A DNA stretch of 64,000 nucleotides from Raillietiella orientalis (lineage: Eukaryota), in assembly GCA_036172245.1 (NCBI GenBank), contig JAYWIR010000041.1, positions 1,798,001-1,862,000 on the forward strand, written 5' to 3'. A program made the translations under genes and the position numbers. The stretch's first letter is position 1. Each line of letters starts with the position of its first letter. Under the pieces are notes generated by a model. That model made no database searches. It saw nothing but the letters and a program-made list of their open reading frames with translations, and was not told where the DNA came from. Positions 1 through 11,160 of this stretch are shown piece after piece.

Positions 1-1750
1 AAGTGTTGTTCTATCTCTTTATGGATTAAGAAGATTCCCTCCGACAACTTCTAGACTGGGTTCAGTTTTGTCTCTGAGGTGTATAGCAGCATCCCATCTC
101 AGAACGAAAAGATCTTTTAGTAAGCGTGTTCATACACGAAGCTCTGAATAGGAACATGAGCACATGAGTGAAAGGACTGATGGTAACCTTTCACTCACGT
201 CGATTACGACTTGTTCTGTCATCTTTCCATCATATGGACGATCCCTGGTTGCCAAGCAGTGATCTTTAATTACACACCAAATAACAATTTGACAGATAGA
301 CGGTGTAAGTGATGGCGTTTCGATGTTCGACCAGCTCTCATTTTCTTGTACTCTTAAAGTGGAAAGGAAGCTTGTGTTGGATTCATTTCCCTGGTAGTAA
401 AATTCCTCTTTGAATGGAAAATTAATCTGCTGATAACCGATTGCTAGAGTTGTCACAACAACGGTGGCTGCTCTCGTCACAATGCTAGCAGCTGTATCAA
501 CACGCAGCTCTTGGAACACTTGGCGTCCTTAGCTGGCTCGAAGGGAATGCAATGGTCGGCCTCTCCAGATCTTCGGTCCATCTTCGTGCAATGCTGGCTG
601 TCAGAGTTTTCCTTGCTCCTCCATTCGAGAACTCATCGCGGGAATTCCAGCATCTACAAAATTGAGGGGAGGGTGAAAATTCATTTGGGGAACGTCGCCG
701 GAGAAAGATATTGTTCTAGTTGCTGGAGCTTCCTTCTATGGAAAGAACACGAGGATAGCTCAATAACTTTACATCTGTCTTGAAAGTCTCTGAAGTTAAG
801 ATAAGAGCTAAGAGATCCATGAGCTCTCACTGGTCCGGTTCTGATAAACAGAACTGACTCCTTGGGATGAATCGAGCAATAGGTCACGACATCTCGTGCG
901 GAGCTCATTCGATCCCATAAAAGAAACTGTTGGTTGTTACAGTCAGCAGGACAGCGGTCTTGGAAGTCAGGATCCTCTGAGGAATGACTCGTTTGCCGAC
1001 TCGACTGTTGGCGCTCATGCTGTCAAGCCCTTACACCCTGCCGCCGGGACAGGGCTGAATGGAGAAGACAACAGATGCAGACACACTTTCTGTGGAGCTT
1101 CAAGAGCAATCCAAACGTAAATGCATCTTGGCAGTTACTCTCTCTAATCCAAAACGATCGAGTCAGTTGTCGCCCAGCGGGGTGGCTGCACTTGACCTCG
1201 CGTCTCCAACTACCGTATCCAGATGTTCGCAGTCTTCGGTTTTCTCACAATCTCAGAAGACAGGATGAGGGGAAAACGATGGACAGGAACGCGGAGAGGA
1301 AGATATGGGTGTTCGTCGTGTCCATCCACGCTCTGGTGCTATATTTCTATTGTTGGGTGCATCCTTCCTCTGTTTTATATTGCCCGATTCTTGGAAGGGG
1401 CCATGAAGGCCAAGAGTAGAGATTAGGATCAAGAGAAGAGGTAAAAGTTTCGTTCTACCTTTGATCTCATCCTGTAGGGGAGTTTCAGCATCTCTGGCAA
1501 AGTTGCAGGAGGTAATACTGACGAAAATTTGAGTTCAAACAGCTTCCGAGAGTTAAGACGACTCGGTGAAGCTGCAGCTGCAAATGGTAAGCCACTCAAG
1601 GGAAAAAAACTGAGCATCTAGGGTTTCTTCTTGCTTGCTTATGGCTTGCCAAGCGCTGCGGATCAAAGGCTTTCAAAATCCTGCTCGCACTCTTCTAGAA
1701 CTAAGCGCTCCGTGGCAACTCTGGAAATCTCTGCTGCCTGCCAAAGCATA
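1..1750 (-). pseudogene. Degraded endogenous viral element resembling the bunyavirus (Bunyaviricetes) L polymerase, central region upstream of the RdRp core; runs off the window edge
   Basis: Minus-strand intronless frames broken by stops and frameshifts give, in order: VLFIRTGPVRAHGSLSSYLNF...SFHRRKLQQLEQY (ORF 681-908), S*GRQVFQELRVDTAASI (cf. the K..S..F.NLRY block of L proteins), PSLTPSICQIVIWCVIKDHCL...GKMTEQVVID (ORF 130-519), then an in-frame continuation past the stop at 130. Motif order matches my recollection of L proteins; by-eye only. The 5' boundary is approximate. Confidence 0.5.
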
Positions 1751-1827
1751 TAGGTGAGCCCTCTCTAGTCTTGGATTCAGAAAAAACAACAACAATAATA
1801 CCGGGAGCAGTTATCTTTCTGCCTACC

Positions 1828-1881
1828 TTCCACTTTTGAACGATAGCTGCAAAGATCTGCAGCTATCGTTCAAAACTGGAA
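1828..1881. repeat. Near-perfect hairpin (24-bp arms, 1 mismatch, 6-nt loop)
   Basis: ttccacttttgaacgatagctgca-aagatc-tgcagctatcgttcaaaactggaa, read directly. Confidence 0.9.
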
Positions 1882-2509
1882 AGGTTGAAAACGGTCATCT
1901 TCCCATCCATCAGTCATAATCTCCATTCCGAAAGTCAAGCAGAACTTGTGGAATAGTTCTTGTCACAGTTCACGTACTCCTACGACATGAACGCACCCGA
2001 AGGAGAGTTTGTATAGTCGAAGGTTGTGAACAACCGAAGCCGAGAGAGCGTTCGTGGTGCCGCCTGGGGAAGCTCGAAACGTGCTTGTTCGTGCTGAGTT
2101 CTCCTGACGCGATAGCACGGCACTTACGCGGATGTCAGAGGACGAAACGCCTAAGACATCAGGCGATCTTTTCTGGTCACTTGAGAATCACCCCTGAGCA
2201 CCTAAGTCTGCGGCGTGTACGGCGTGGCGGCATCACAAACTCCGTACTTTCTCTGTTTGCATGCATTAGGTGCCCAGAAGAAACATCTGGGGTGCATGCA
2301 CACGAACGACAAGGAATGCGACGGACAGCAAAGGAAGCCCCGAGTGAAGGCCTCTTGCCCAGCAGCGGTTTCAACCTTTACGAGAAATCGCACCAACATG
2401 GAGTTGCGCCTCCAGATTTTGTGAGGAACGGCAAGATACGGAACTACTTTCAAGCGTCCTGCTGGAGAGTGATCTTTATTTTTTTCCTCTTTTTCGGTAA
2501 CCGGAATAT

Positions 2510-2815
2510 GGTAAGATGTTGATGGGTTAAATAAAATGATTGCTATGTGTGAGGAAATATAGTTGAATTTGGTTATGTTGGTATGTTTAGCGATAGATTA
2601 TTGGGTTGCGTGGTTTGGAGGTATTATAAGATTTATTTCAAGTTAATGTTGGTTTTACTAAAGATTACGAGCGGGCTATAGTAATGGTTTCATTTGAAGT
2701 AGTGGTAATTAGAATGAGGTGGAGATTTTAAATTTTAAAGTGTTTGGATTAATTAGTTATTTTTATGTAGTAATGAAGGTTTATTATTTCGACGGCTAAT
2801 TCTCAACGCTATAAT
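2510..2815 (+). pseudogene. Degraded NUMT, NADH dehydrogenase subunit 1-like fragment
   Basis: Abrupt G/T-rich, C-poor segment. Invertebrate mitochondrial translation with frameshifts gives LNLVMLVCLAM...SLRA/AMVMVSFEVV...ISTANSQR, matching the order of ND1 LNLGLLFILA...LRAVAQTISYEV...ISTLAETNR. Confidence 0.5.
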
Positions 2816-3129
2816 GGAAGGGAACGAATCAGTCACAGGAACGACGCTGCTCCGAGTTCAAACTGCGCCCCGAAGGTAGGCATTCATGTTTTCCACGTGA
2901 AGTGGCGAGGCAAGAGAGGTTCCACAGAATGAACTGGTTGCGCGGCCCCAGGACTGATGGTTGAGAGCGACCAACAGGAACCTTTTCCTGTTTTTTTTTC
3001 ACCCCTGGAAGGTTCAGAAGACACCATCTTCCCTTCCGAAACCGATGTGTTTCGATCAAGAGAACCAAACCATGTGGAAGAATTTTATTAGCTCATGAAT
3101 TTGAGATTCTACAGGCGATGCTTTCTGTC

Positions 3130-4043
3130 TCATGAGGTCGACTGTTGCGCGGCCTTGGCATCTGCCTTGCCCAAGTGGCAGCCCGACCAGAAACAGTCCC
3201 AAACCTAAAAAAATCAAATTACTGATTCGGAAGGATGGCATGGATTTGGGGATAGTTTTCGGATTGGAGAGTTGCATCTGTGTTAAATATGGGAAGTCAT
3301 CCAAGCTGTAGGGAAATGCCTGAGGGTCATGCTCCCAACACGGATCGAAAAAAGTTAGGGAGGATGCCATAGTTGGCGGATTACTGGATTAATCTGTAGA
3401 ATCGTGCAGCGATACAAGCAATAGAAAAAGAATGAAGATATTTGAATGGGGAACTTTTCCGAGGTGGAGGAAAAAGGTGATCACTTAAAGGGACACATTC
3501 GCGGAGCATACGCCTACCTTGTCGTGGGTCGAGCATTCGGTCACTTTGGAAAGAAGAATAGCTTTAATTTGAGTTTCCACATTATCCTTGGGATGTTCCA
3601 GGTTTTTTCCGATTAATTCCATGAAGTATTGCGGGTTGAAAGTTCCATCCTTTACCTGGAAAGCCGTCATAGCAGGGGAAAACTAGGTTTATTTGCTCTG
3701 TACCAATTCGATTTTCTCGTGAAAGCACTTGATGATGGCATCCTTTTTGCTTTCTGCTTCTGCAGTGAAGCTGACAAGAGGGAAACCAGGTATCTGTTGA
3801 GCGGAAGACTCAGGGAGTGAATTTTCTTTCAAGCAATCTTTCATCTTCTGCATGACTCCTGGAAATTCTCCATCAAAGAGTTCGCGACACTTGGCTTGCA
3901 TCGATGCCACGCCAACATCCTTAAGAACTGTGCAAATCGTGAGGATATTTAATGAAAATTACCTGTGCTCTTGCCACCTGCCACAGAGCAATTGCAAAGC
4001 ACATCAGCAACATCTTCGCCGAAACCATTTCGAATCCTGGCAT
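3130..4043 (-). CDS. Secreted small helical Cys-patterned protein, odorant-binding-protein-like; exons 4043-3963, 3919-3704, 3655-3518, 3204-3130 (a further exon near 3393-3320 is possible)
   Basis: Exon 1 encodes a signal peptide (MPGFEMVSAKMLLMCFAIALWQVARAQ). Phase-0 GT-AG introns of 43 and 48 nt join ORFs 3689-3910 and 3485-3670 into ...KCRELF...KDCLKE...IIKCFHEKIELVKDGTFNPQYF...VTECSTHDK. The last exon VWDCFWSGC...* follows a strong tttttttag acceptor. AATAAA lies ~40 nt past the stop and a TATA box lies upstream. The OBP-like label rests on the KCF..K..L..DG.F pattern and Cys spacing. Confidence 0.6.
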
Positions 4044-4089
4044 CAGCGTAACAGCAGTTAGGAGTGGCAAGATTCAGGAGACATGCATT

Positions 4090-4097
4090 TTTATATA
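4090..4097 (-). promoter_or_regulatory. TATA box of the OBP-like gene
   Basis: TATATAAA on the minus strand ~47 nt upstream of the ATG at 4043. Confidence 0.5.
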
Positions 4098-4592
4098 GCA
4101 GGAAAGGGCAAAGATTTTTTTACTTCAAGGGCGAGTTGAGATCCAAATTGCCACAGGCCTTTAAGATTCATTGGTTATCTTCGATAGGAATGGGTAAAAT
4201 CGTGCAGCGTTTGTGGATGAGTTAAGGAAGCGATAGCAACTGCCGATGGAACAAGGAGCTCCGTGATCAGTTGCCAGATTATAGGAGAAGGAATCTTTTT
4301 ATTCCGCCCCATATGATTTTTATTAGAGTCAAAGTGTACTCGGGTTCAAGAAGTGACTCACGACACTCAAAATAGTGTCACCATGCTGAGTCCCAGTTAA
4401 GCGTTTCAGCATTTCATGCTTTTTTATCTGTTCCAGTATTGATGTGAATCTAAAACGGCCGTCTAAGGTGCTTCCCGGTTACCTTCTGTGAGAATTTCCT
4501 GAATCTTGAATCATTATTCTTTCCCTAAACAGAATTTTTGATCCAGTCGCTTTTCCCCTACATGCACGCCTTCTAAAGCTTCTACAGTTGCT

Positions 4593-5030
4593 ATGCTGAT
4601 TTCCGGGTTTGAATTGGTTTCGACGACACTGCTGATGCGCTTTGTGAGTGCTCTGTAGCAGGTGACAAGAGCAGAGGTACTTTGCAGTAAACACTATGAA
4701 GGGACTCCAAACGGATTTCGGAAAGCAGGCATACTCGGAGATGCATTGGTGATTTACAGAAGCTGAGTTTGCTAAGCCCCGGAGAACCCTACCAAGAATC
4801 CATTCGTTGTCATCCATCCAGCCTCTTCTTCAGTGAAGCTGATCGTTCGGAGGAATTTTTCGAGAGCACTCATCTTTCACTTTCCTCTATGATGTTCTCT
4901 CGTTTCAGACAGAGTTGTTGCAGATTCAAGAAAGGAAAGACGTGGAAGTGTTCAGGGATGATTAGGGATGACAAAGAGCATGAAGAACAATCAACAGAAT
5001 GCAATGTGTTTGGTGCAGCCTTCTAAAAAT
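4593..5030 (+). pseudogene. Inverted, pseudogenised paralog of the OBP-like gene (signal-peptide exon 4593-4676 clear; downstream part uncertain)
   Basis: MLISGFELVSTTLLMRFVSAL*QVTRAE|gt aligns with MPGFEMVSAKMLLMCFAIALWQVARAQ|gt at the same donor position; TGG has become TAG at 4656-4658. Confidence 0.6.
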
Positions 5031-5186
5031 CGATCACTTACTATAAGGCAGTGTGATGATTGTCCACGTAAGTGAATGCAAATCCTAAAGACAAGAACTA
5101 CCATCGGCCCTTCCGGAGGGACCCCAGATTTTCTAATAAATGTAGCAAGCGCATGAAACAGTATCGATGGAAATAGAAAGGGAAGG

Positions 5187-6105
5187 AAAAAAAAGCAGTT
5201 ATTAGGGCCAGAGAAAATCTGTTTTCGCTAGAGGTTCAGGAGAGAAACTTGTCCAGCTCCACAAAGCCGGCGTCGGAGGCATTGTGGTTAAGGCTTCCGC
5301 GTGTGGCAGCATGCGTCGCGGGTTCGAATACTCCAGCAGAAACGGACGCCACTGCGTCGTTGGGTTTCCCCTGCAATGGCTCTGATTGGCCGAGACATTC
5401 GGGCGTGGCACCGATAGTGGTTAAAGCCGGAGGTCCCCGATGACCGTCGGAGCAGTAGGAGTCGACCTTCGAGTCCTTCCAGGAATCAAGGAGTGGGGAG
5501 TTCCCCCTCCTGTCGTGCAACGGAGAGCGGACCCCCCTCACCGGGGGACCCCTCCGGCTTCAAGATGAAGCAGGAGCCTTCACGGGCAACTCTCCAGTTG
5601 TTTAAAGGAGCGGACCCCCCTCTGTTGCGGGGAGGACCCTCCGAGTCGCCGCCTCTCCAGAAGAGTGCAAGGAAGCAAGCGAGAGCGATTCCCCTGTGGG
5701 AAGCTGCAGCGCCCCTTCTGAGTTTCGGAAGCGTCCCTTCGGGGTTCTCTTCAGAGGAGTGAACAGGAGCGGTTCCCTTGCGGGTTCCCTCCGGAGAAGA
5801 AATTCCTACAAGCGGGTCCTTTCCGGGTTCCCTTCGGAGAAATTGAAATGGAGAGGACCACCCCCTCCCAGGGGGTGTCCCTCCGGAGAGAATGAGGAAG
5901 GAGATTCCCTGCGAGGTTCCTCTTCGGAGACAACCAGGGTGGGAGGTGCGATCCCCCCTCCCGGGGTGCCCCTATCTTGAAGAATTACGCGCACCCTCTG
6001 CTGGTGGCGTGGTGTTAAAGAGCCAAGTGCGCTCCGCGAGGCATGCGACGACCGCCTCTTGAGATACTTGGAGTCGCTACTGGCCTTTAAAAAAAAGCAG
6101 TTATT
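5187..6105. mobile_element. 885-bp GC-rich insertion (5204-6088) flanked by a 17-bp target-site duplication; origin unknown
   Basis: aaaaaaaagcagttatt occurs at 5187-5203 and 6089-6105, bracketing a sharp GC shift. The interior has decayed cc(c/t)t(c/t)cggag-type repeats and no intact long ORF. Confidence 0.7.
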
Positions 6106-8564
6106 CGAAGAATTTCCGAACAGCGACGCCGAAACACATCCTGCACTGGACCAGCATGTCGTTGCCGAACGAGCATGCAGTTAGGTAAACGAAATAGCAA
6201 GAGAGTTAAAAATTTGGTTTTCACATAATCCCTTGAACGCTTCTAAAGCTTCACACAGGAATCAAAGGATTTTTTTTTTTTACTCTCAGCATAAGTTTCG
6301 ATTCTTCCGAGCATTGGATTCGTGTTTCTGATGAAATACTAAACTGACCATAAGTACGTGCAGAAGTGCTGATCTGAAGGATACTCGTGTGTCATTTTGG
6401 AATTCCGTAGAGCCGAGTGGCCCAGCACAGTGCAATTTTTATCCATTTTTGCCGTGTTTCACGAATCTTCCGTAACATTGGTTGTTTGCGAAAGTCTGTG
6501 GTGTCCTCCAAACTGCATTTCTGATCTTTCTCCCTCACAGATTGGCGAGCACATTTTTGTCTGGAAATGCGCACTTAGGGGTCCATGATCTGCGTTTAGT
6601 TTGGCCCATGTTTCCAATCCGTTGATACATCTGAATGTTCACATGGCTCCTCAGTGCTAAGCATGTCATTGAATAGAGAGCAGCCTGCATTACACAGAGA
6701 TGATGAACAAATATATGGTTATAGTGCGACTTTGCACTGAGTTCGGTTCATCCAGAAGCACAACGAATAGCACTTTGGGTAGTGCTTTGGTGCTCTGGTT
6801 TGCTGCTGCTTTTGAGCATGGTGCTGAAGATCTGAAAGTACACTATGGGTACCGTTGACAGTTGAACGGTATTAGCAGATATGCCGAAAACGTATCAATG
6901 CTCCAGAAAATAATGAGTTTCTGTAGTGAATTTGACTGTACTTTAATGCAGTCAACCTAGACTAGTACGTGTGCTTGCATTTTGCTTCCGTTCGTTGGAA
7001 TGTTTTTTTTAGCAATTCTCAGCTATTTTTTGGTCGGTTGCAATGAGTATGAGATTTGCCGCTACTGAATTCTCTTTCTTCTATTGCAAATTGGTTAAAG
7101 CCTAACAAAAATTAAAAGTTCATTTTTCATTAGTTTGCAGTGTAATGTTGAAGTGTCAGTAAGAACTGATTAGTTATCTTGGTAAACCGGTTTGTTCGCT
7201 GGCTATAAGAAAACAAACGTGTTTCTGAAGGTCACTCAGTTGCTATATGCTCAAAAGTCGTGGAGGTATGTTCTGGAAGCATACTCTGATTCTGTTTCTG
7301 CCCTTGCTATTGGATTCACAGCAAGGTTAAATCCCCATTGTATTTGAAATACATCTTTCGTTTGCTAAGCGAATAAAACTCCGGCATCTCCATCTACAAC
7401 TATCTGATTTTCTTAAACGCCGTTGGCACTTTGGATGAAAACTCTGTAATGAGTAGTGTCGACCCTTTTTAGATGATTCAATATAAATTATATCCCAATA
7501 CATAGTCAAAAGTACAATATCAGTGCATAATTCACACAAAACGCCTCAGTCATTATGAGGCTACTAATTTTTGAAGAGCACTTCATAATCACGAAGCCAT
7601 TTGCCATTAATAAATATTATGCCATTAATAAAGCCCTTATTAATAAATATTTTTGTTTAATTGGATCGAAGAAACTCAATACGAAATTACAGAACTACAT
7701 AAAGCACTAAGGCGGGTTCGACCAAACGAGTGGCATTTAGAGAATTAGACACCAGTTTAGAAAGAATATTATTCTCAACAAAATCATCATCTTCGCTTGG
7801 CATTCTGCGATCATCATGTAAATTATCTTGATGGACAGAAACATTCCTCAATTTTGGAAAACTTAGCAGCACTGAGTTTAAGCTGAATTATCTATAATGG
7901 AAGAATGCCGACAGCGCTGTGGATAAATATGCGGACAAGTGGTACGGAGTCTTTCTCCGTTGGGAATACAAAGTGCTCTTGGCATGCAAAGCTGTTTTCC
8001 GGAATCACCGTAAAACCCCGCGTACAATACACACTCTCGTGTATAATAAGCACCCATGATTTTCAAAATTTCATAAAATGCTGACGAAATTTCAACTCCG
8101 AATCGATAGAATACAAATAAAAATTTAAATATCATTAGAAAATCTGTCGAAAACAAAAATTTCAACCCTTAGAAAAAAGTATATGCGTTTTATTTTTCTT
8201 TTTTCTTTTTAGTGTATTCTCTGACGGCGCATCCACTTGGTGGAATGTGTGCCACCACATTCTATCAAATTTTCAACATTGTAGACAGTCGAAAAAAAAG
8301 AAAAATCCGAAGCGGCCGCGAGCGACGCTCTTGCGTGCAGAACGGATGGTACAATCGAGTGTACAGCTCCTCGTGCACGCTGGAAATGAGGGCATTTTTG
8401 TACCCGTGTACAATGCTCACCCCGATTCGAGTGAACTAAATTGAGGAAGAGTCGTGCGTGTTACACGCGAGATTTTGCGGTCGTTGCTGGATTTGGATAG
8501 CCACAAGATTCACCACTTGTGGCTAAGCCACTTGAATAAGGGGAGTTTCTCATCGAATCGAACA

Positions 8565-8865
8565 CCATTCCATTCCTCCCAACCTTATCAATGATCATTC
8601 TATCAACACTACCCTACTCCAACAAACAATCCACAAACCCACACTCACAACCGTCATCCTAACCAACTCCACTATATAATTCAAACCCAATAACTACCTA
8701 CGATACCACAAATCGTCATTCTCATTAAACTATCTTGACATCAATACAAAAGCATAATCATCCTAACTGCCCTAGCCACTGCACACATTACAATAACATG
8801 AAAATCTTTCATCGTCAATCTGCATCCACCACTATCCTCCCATGACACAACATCCTTAACATATA
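8565..8865 (+). other. Possible degraded NUMT (C/A-rich, G-poor segment)
   Basis: Abrupt strand skew typical of mtDNA. Hydrophobic mito-code frames (LSMIILSTLPY; MPQIVILIKLSW) are present, but no gene could be assigned. Confidence 0.35.
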
Positions 8866-9838
8866 GGAAGACCGAGGTCATCGGGCAGCACCTTGTATCC
8901 CTCCCGTCTTGCTCATAGGTGAATTACTCTGCTTCCCATGAACACGCAAACAAACTGCAATTTGCATACGGTGAAGTTAAAAAGAAGTCGGAAAGAAACG
9001 TCTAACTGTTGCTTCAAGCAACTGCTATCTTCGTTTACTCGAAGAATGTTGGCTTCCTGCTTTCAGACTATATTTTCGCCACTGATTCGGTATTTTTTGC
9101 CAAAAGGTGAAGTCTGTTGAACTTCTGATAAGGAACTTGATCGTTATTCTGGATCGTTATTACTCCGGAAATCTTCCCTGTACTCATGGTGAGATGGATT
9201 CCTATATTGCTACGAAAGCTGTTTACTCAGTCATTAAAGGTGAATATTCTCTTTTTTTATTTCTTATTGTCTACTCTTCTCTCACTTTTCTATTCTTTTA
9301 TCTTCAACTGCACTCCACTTTCCTACTCCTTTTCTCTGATGGCTCACTATTTTGATGTTTTTGTTTTTGTATGTGTTTCGCTTCATTAGCTTATGCTTTT
9401 AGAATTTTATTTTTGAGAAAAAAATGAACAAAATTCCATTTCATGCCATCTAAAACTTCATCCTGTTTTCTGGGTACCATTCCAAGGTGTTATCCGACTT
9501 CAGTCAATGAAAGCTAGCATATCCTTGAATATCCAGAACACCAGATGCAGGAAAAATTATGCTTCCGGTAAGAAACCCAGGTTTCGATTCTTGAGTGAAT
9601 ATTACTGTAAATTCTGTGCTTGAAGGAAGTGTACCAGGAAGCTCCATAAATTAAAACATGAGACAGCAGCAGTGTTGTAAGGTAGATAAAACTTAGGTTC
9701 ATGCTGGTGTCCTATCCTTAATTAGAACAATCAAAGAATCCGAATTTCAAATCAAGGTCAGAATGCAGATGCTTAATAGGACATTAAAAACACACACACA
9801 CATTCAAAATTTCGCGCAATGACAAAAACACAGTTGCT

Positions 9839-11160
9839 CTGTTTCTCACACGCAGGTCGGTAAACCAAAGGTCCGGAACGGGAGGGAGGGGACCACAAAT
9901 ACACAGATAAAAAACAGAAATAAAGATATGGAGAAGGTAGGGACAGGGGTCTTTGGTACAGCCGTTCCTTTCCTTCAGAACCGGCTATGGATGCCGGTGA
10001 TCTCTCTCCTAACGTCCTCTGGAAGATGGGCCCACTCGGCAGCCGACGTCATGTTCTCGCCGACTATTCCGGCGGGCTGACGAAGAATCGCCAGCTTCTC
10101 CAGCTCTTGGTGGGCCTTGTCGATGGCGCGGGTGCAACACACGGTTGCAACGACAGCACCTAACGACAGGCCTCCTGGCGTGAAGAAGCGGCGCATGAAG
10201 TCTCTCGCGGTGTCCCCCTGGTGCAGGAGAGCTGAGGCCAGCCTCCGCCACAGTCCTTGGAGGACAGCGCAGTCCAAGAGCAAGTGCGGGAGCGTTTCCA
10301 CTTCCCCGCACCGTTTACAGTTTGGGGAGGCAACTCCCCCGGAAACACGGTTCGTCCGCTGGTTGGAATGAAAACCCCAATGCACCAGCATGATGACGTC
10401 CTGTTTCCAGCTCAAAGGAAACACGGAAGTGCTCAAACAGAGGGAGGGATCACAAGTTCTTCAGGGGGCACACTCAAATGTTCACTCCAACGAAGGAGTC
10501 CCTTCAGGGTGATGCGAGGCGTGGCGGCGTCTGCCAGCTCGCAAGTCCTCCAGCCGTCTATGGGTCGTGTTGCTCCTGCGATGGTGCAGGCGACCTCCCA
10601 CCTCGCCGGCAGGCAGCTGTCATCACTTGTCCTGAGGGCTGACAGTGCACCGGCGAGGGGGGTGAGGGCCAGGCGAGTCCACTTCTCCTGGCTATTCCAG
10701 ACCTCATCCATCGTGCAGTACGGGGAGAGGTTGCGCAGCGGAGTTCCAAAAGCGAAACATCCTGCTGCTTTGCCCACGCATGCAACGGTTCCTGCCGCCA
10801 GGCGTCAAAGTTCGTTGGGCGGCAGGAGATCCATGTGTGGGCTACCAGGAGCCGTACAGAGGTTTCATTGGGAAACCGAAGCTCCTCGTGGCGCGCTCCG
10901 TATGCGGCCGGAGCGACAGAAGTCCATCGCTGCCTGTACAGCGCCTCAGGAGCAGGCGCGCGGGAGCACACCACGGAGTGGACCAAAGGTTGGCGCACAG
11001 GGCCAACATTCGAAGCCGCACCTGCAGCTCGCTTCTCTCCAGCGTCAGGATGCCCAAGCCGGCATCCCGATGCGGAGCCGCCAAGTCTTCGAGGCGGATC
11101 CTGAACCTCGCAGGTCACGACAAAGCGTTCCCCAACAGGCTGTCAAGCACTGTAAGGAAC
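9839..11160 (-). mobile_element. 5'-truncated, frameshifted L1/Tx1-type non-LTR retrotransposon (ORF2 C-terminus plus 3' UTR), copy A
   Basis: APHRDAGLGIL (GGLG-type motif) and zinc finger CKRCGEVETLPHLLLDC (ORF 9975-10436); clear nucleotide similarity to 32899-34310 and 13513-13718. Confidence 0.85.

Noticed and set aside
1..600. Orthomyxovirus PB1/PB2 resemblance (GRQ, VGGN, AASIVTRAATV)
   Set aside because: Motif spacing is inconsistent and KDAERGKL is absent; the bunyavirus L reading fits better, though it is also unverified.
2090..2175. Hammerhead-ribozyme-like arrangement (ctga...gttct/aggac-gaaa-cgcct/aggcg)
   Set aside because: The core lacks CUGANGA, the cleavage triplet is misplaced and stem I does not pair.
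6328..6380. C/D-box snoRNA-like TGATGA...CTGA
   Set aside because: Too short, no terminal stem and no recognisable guide.
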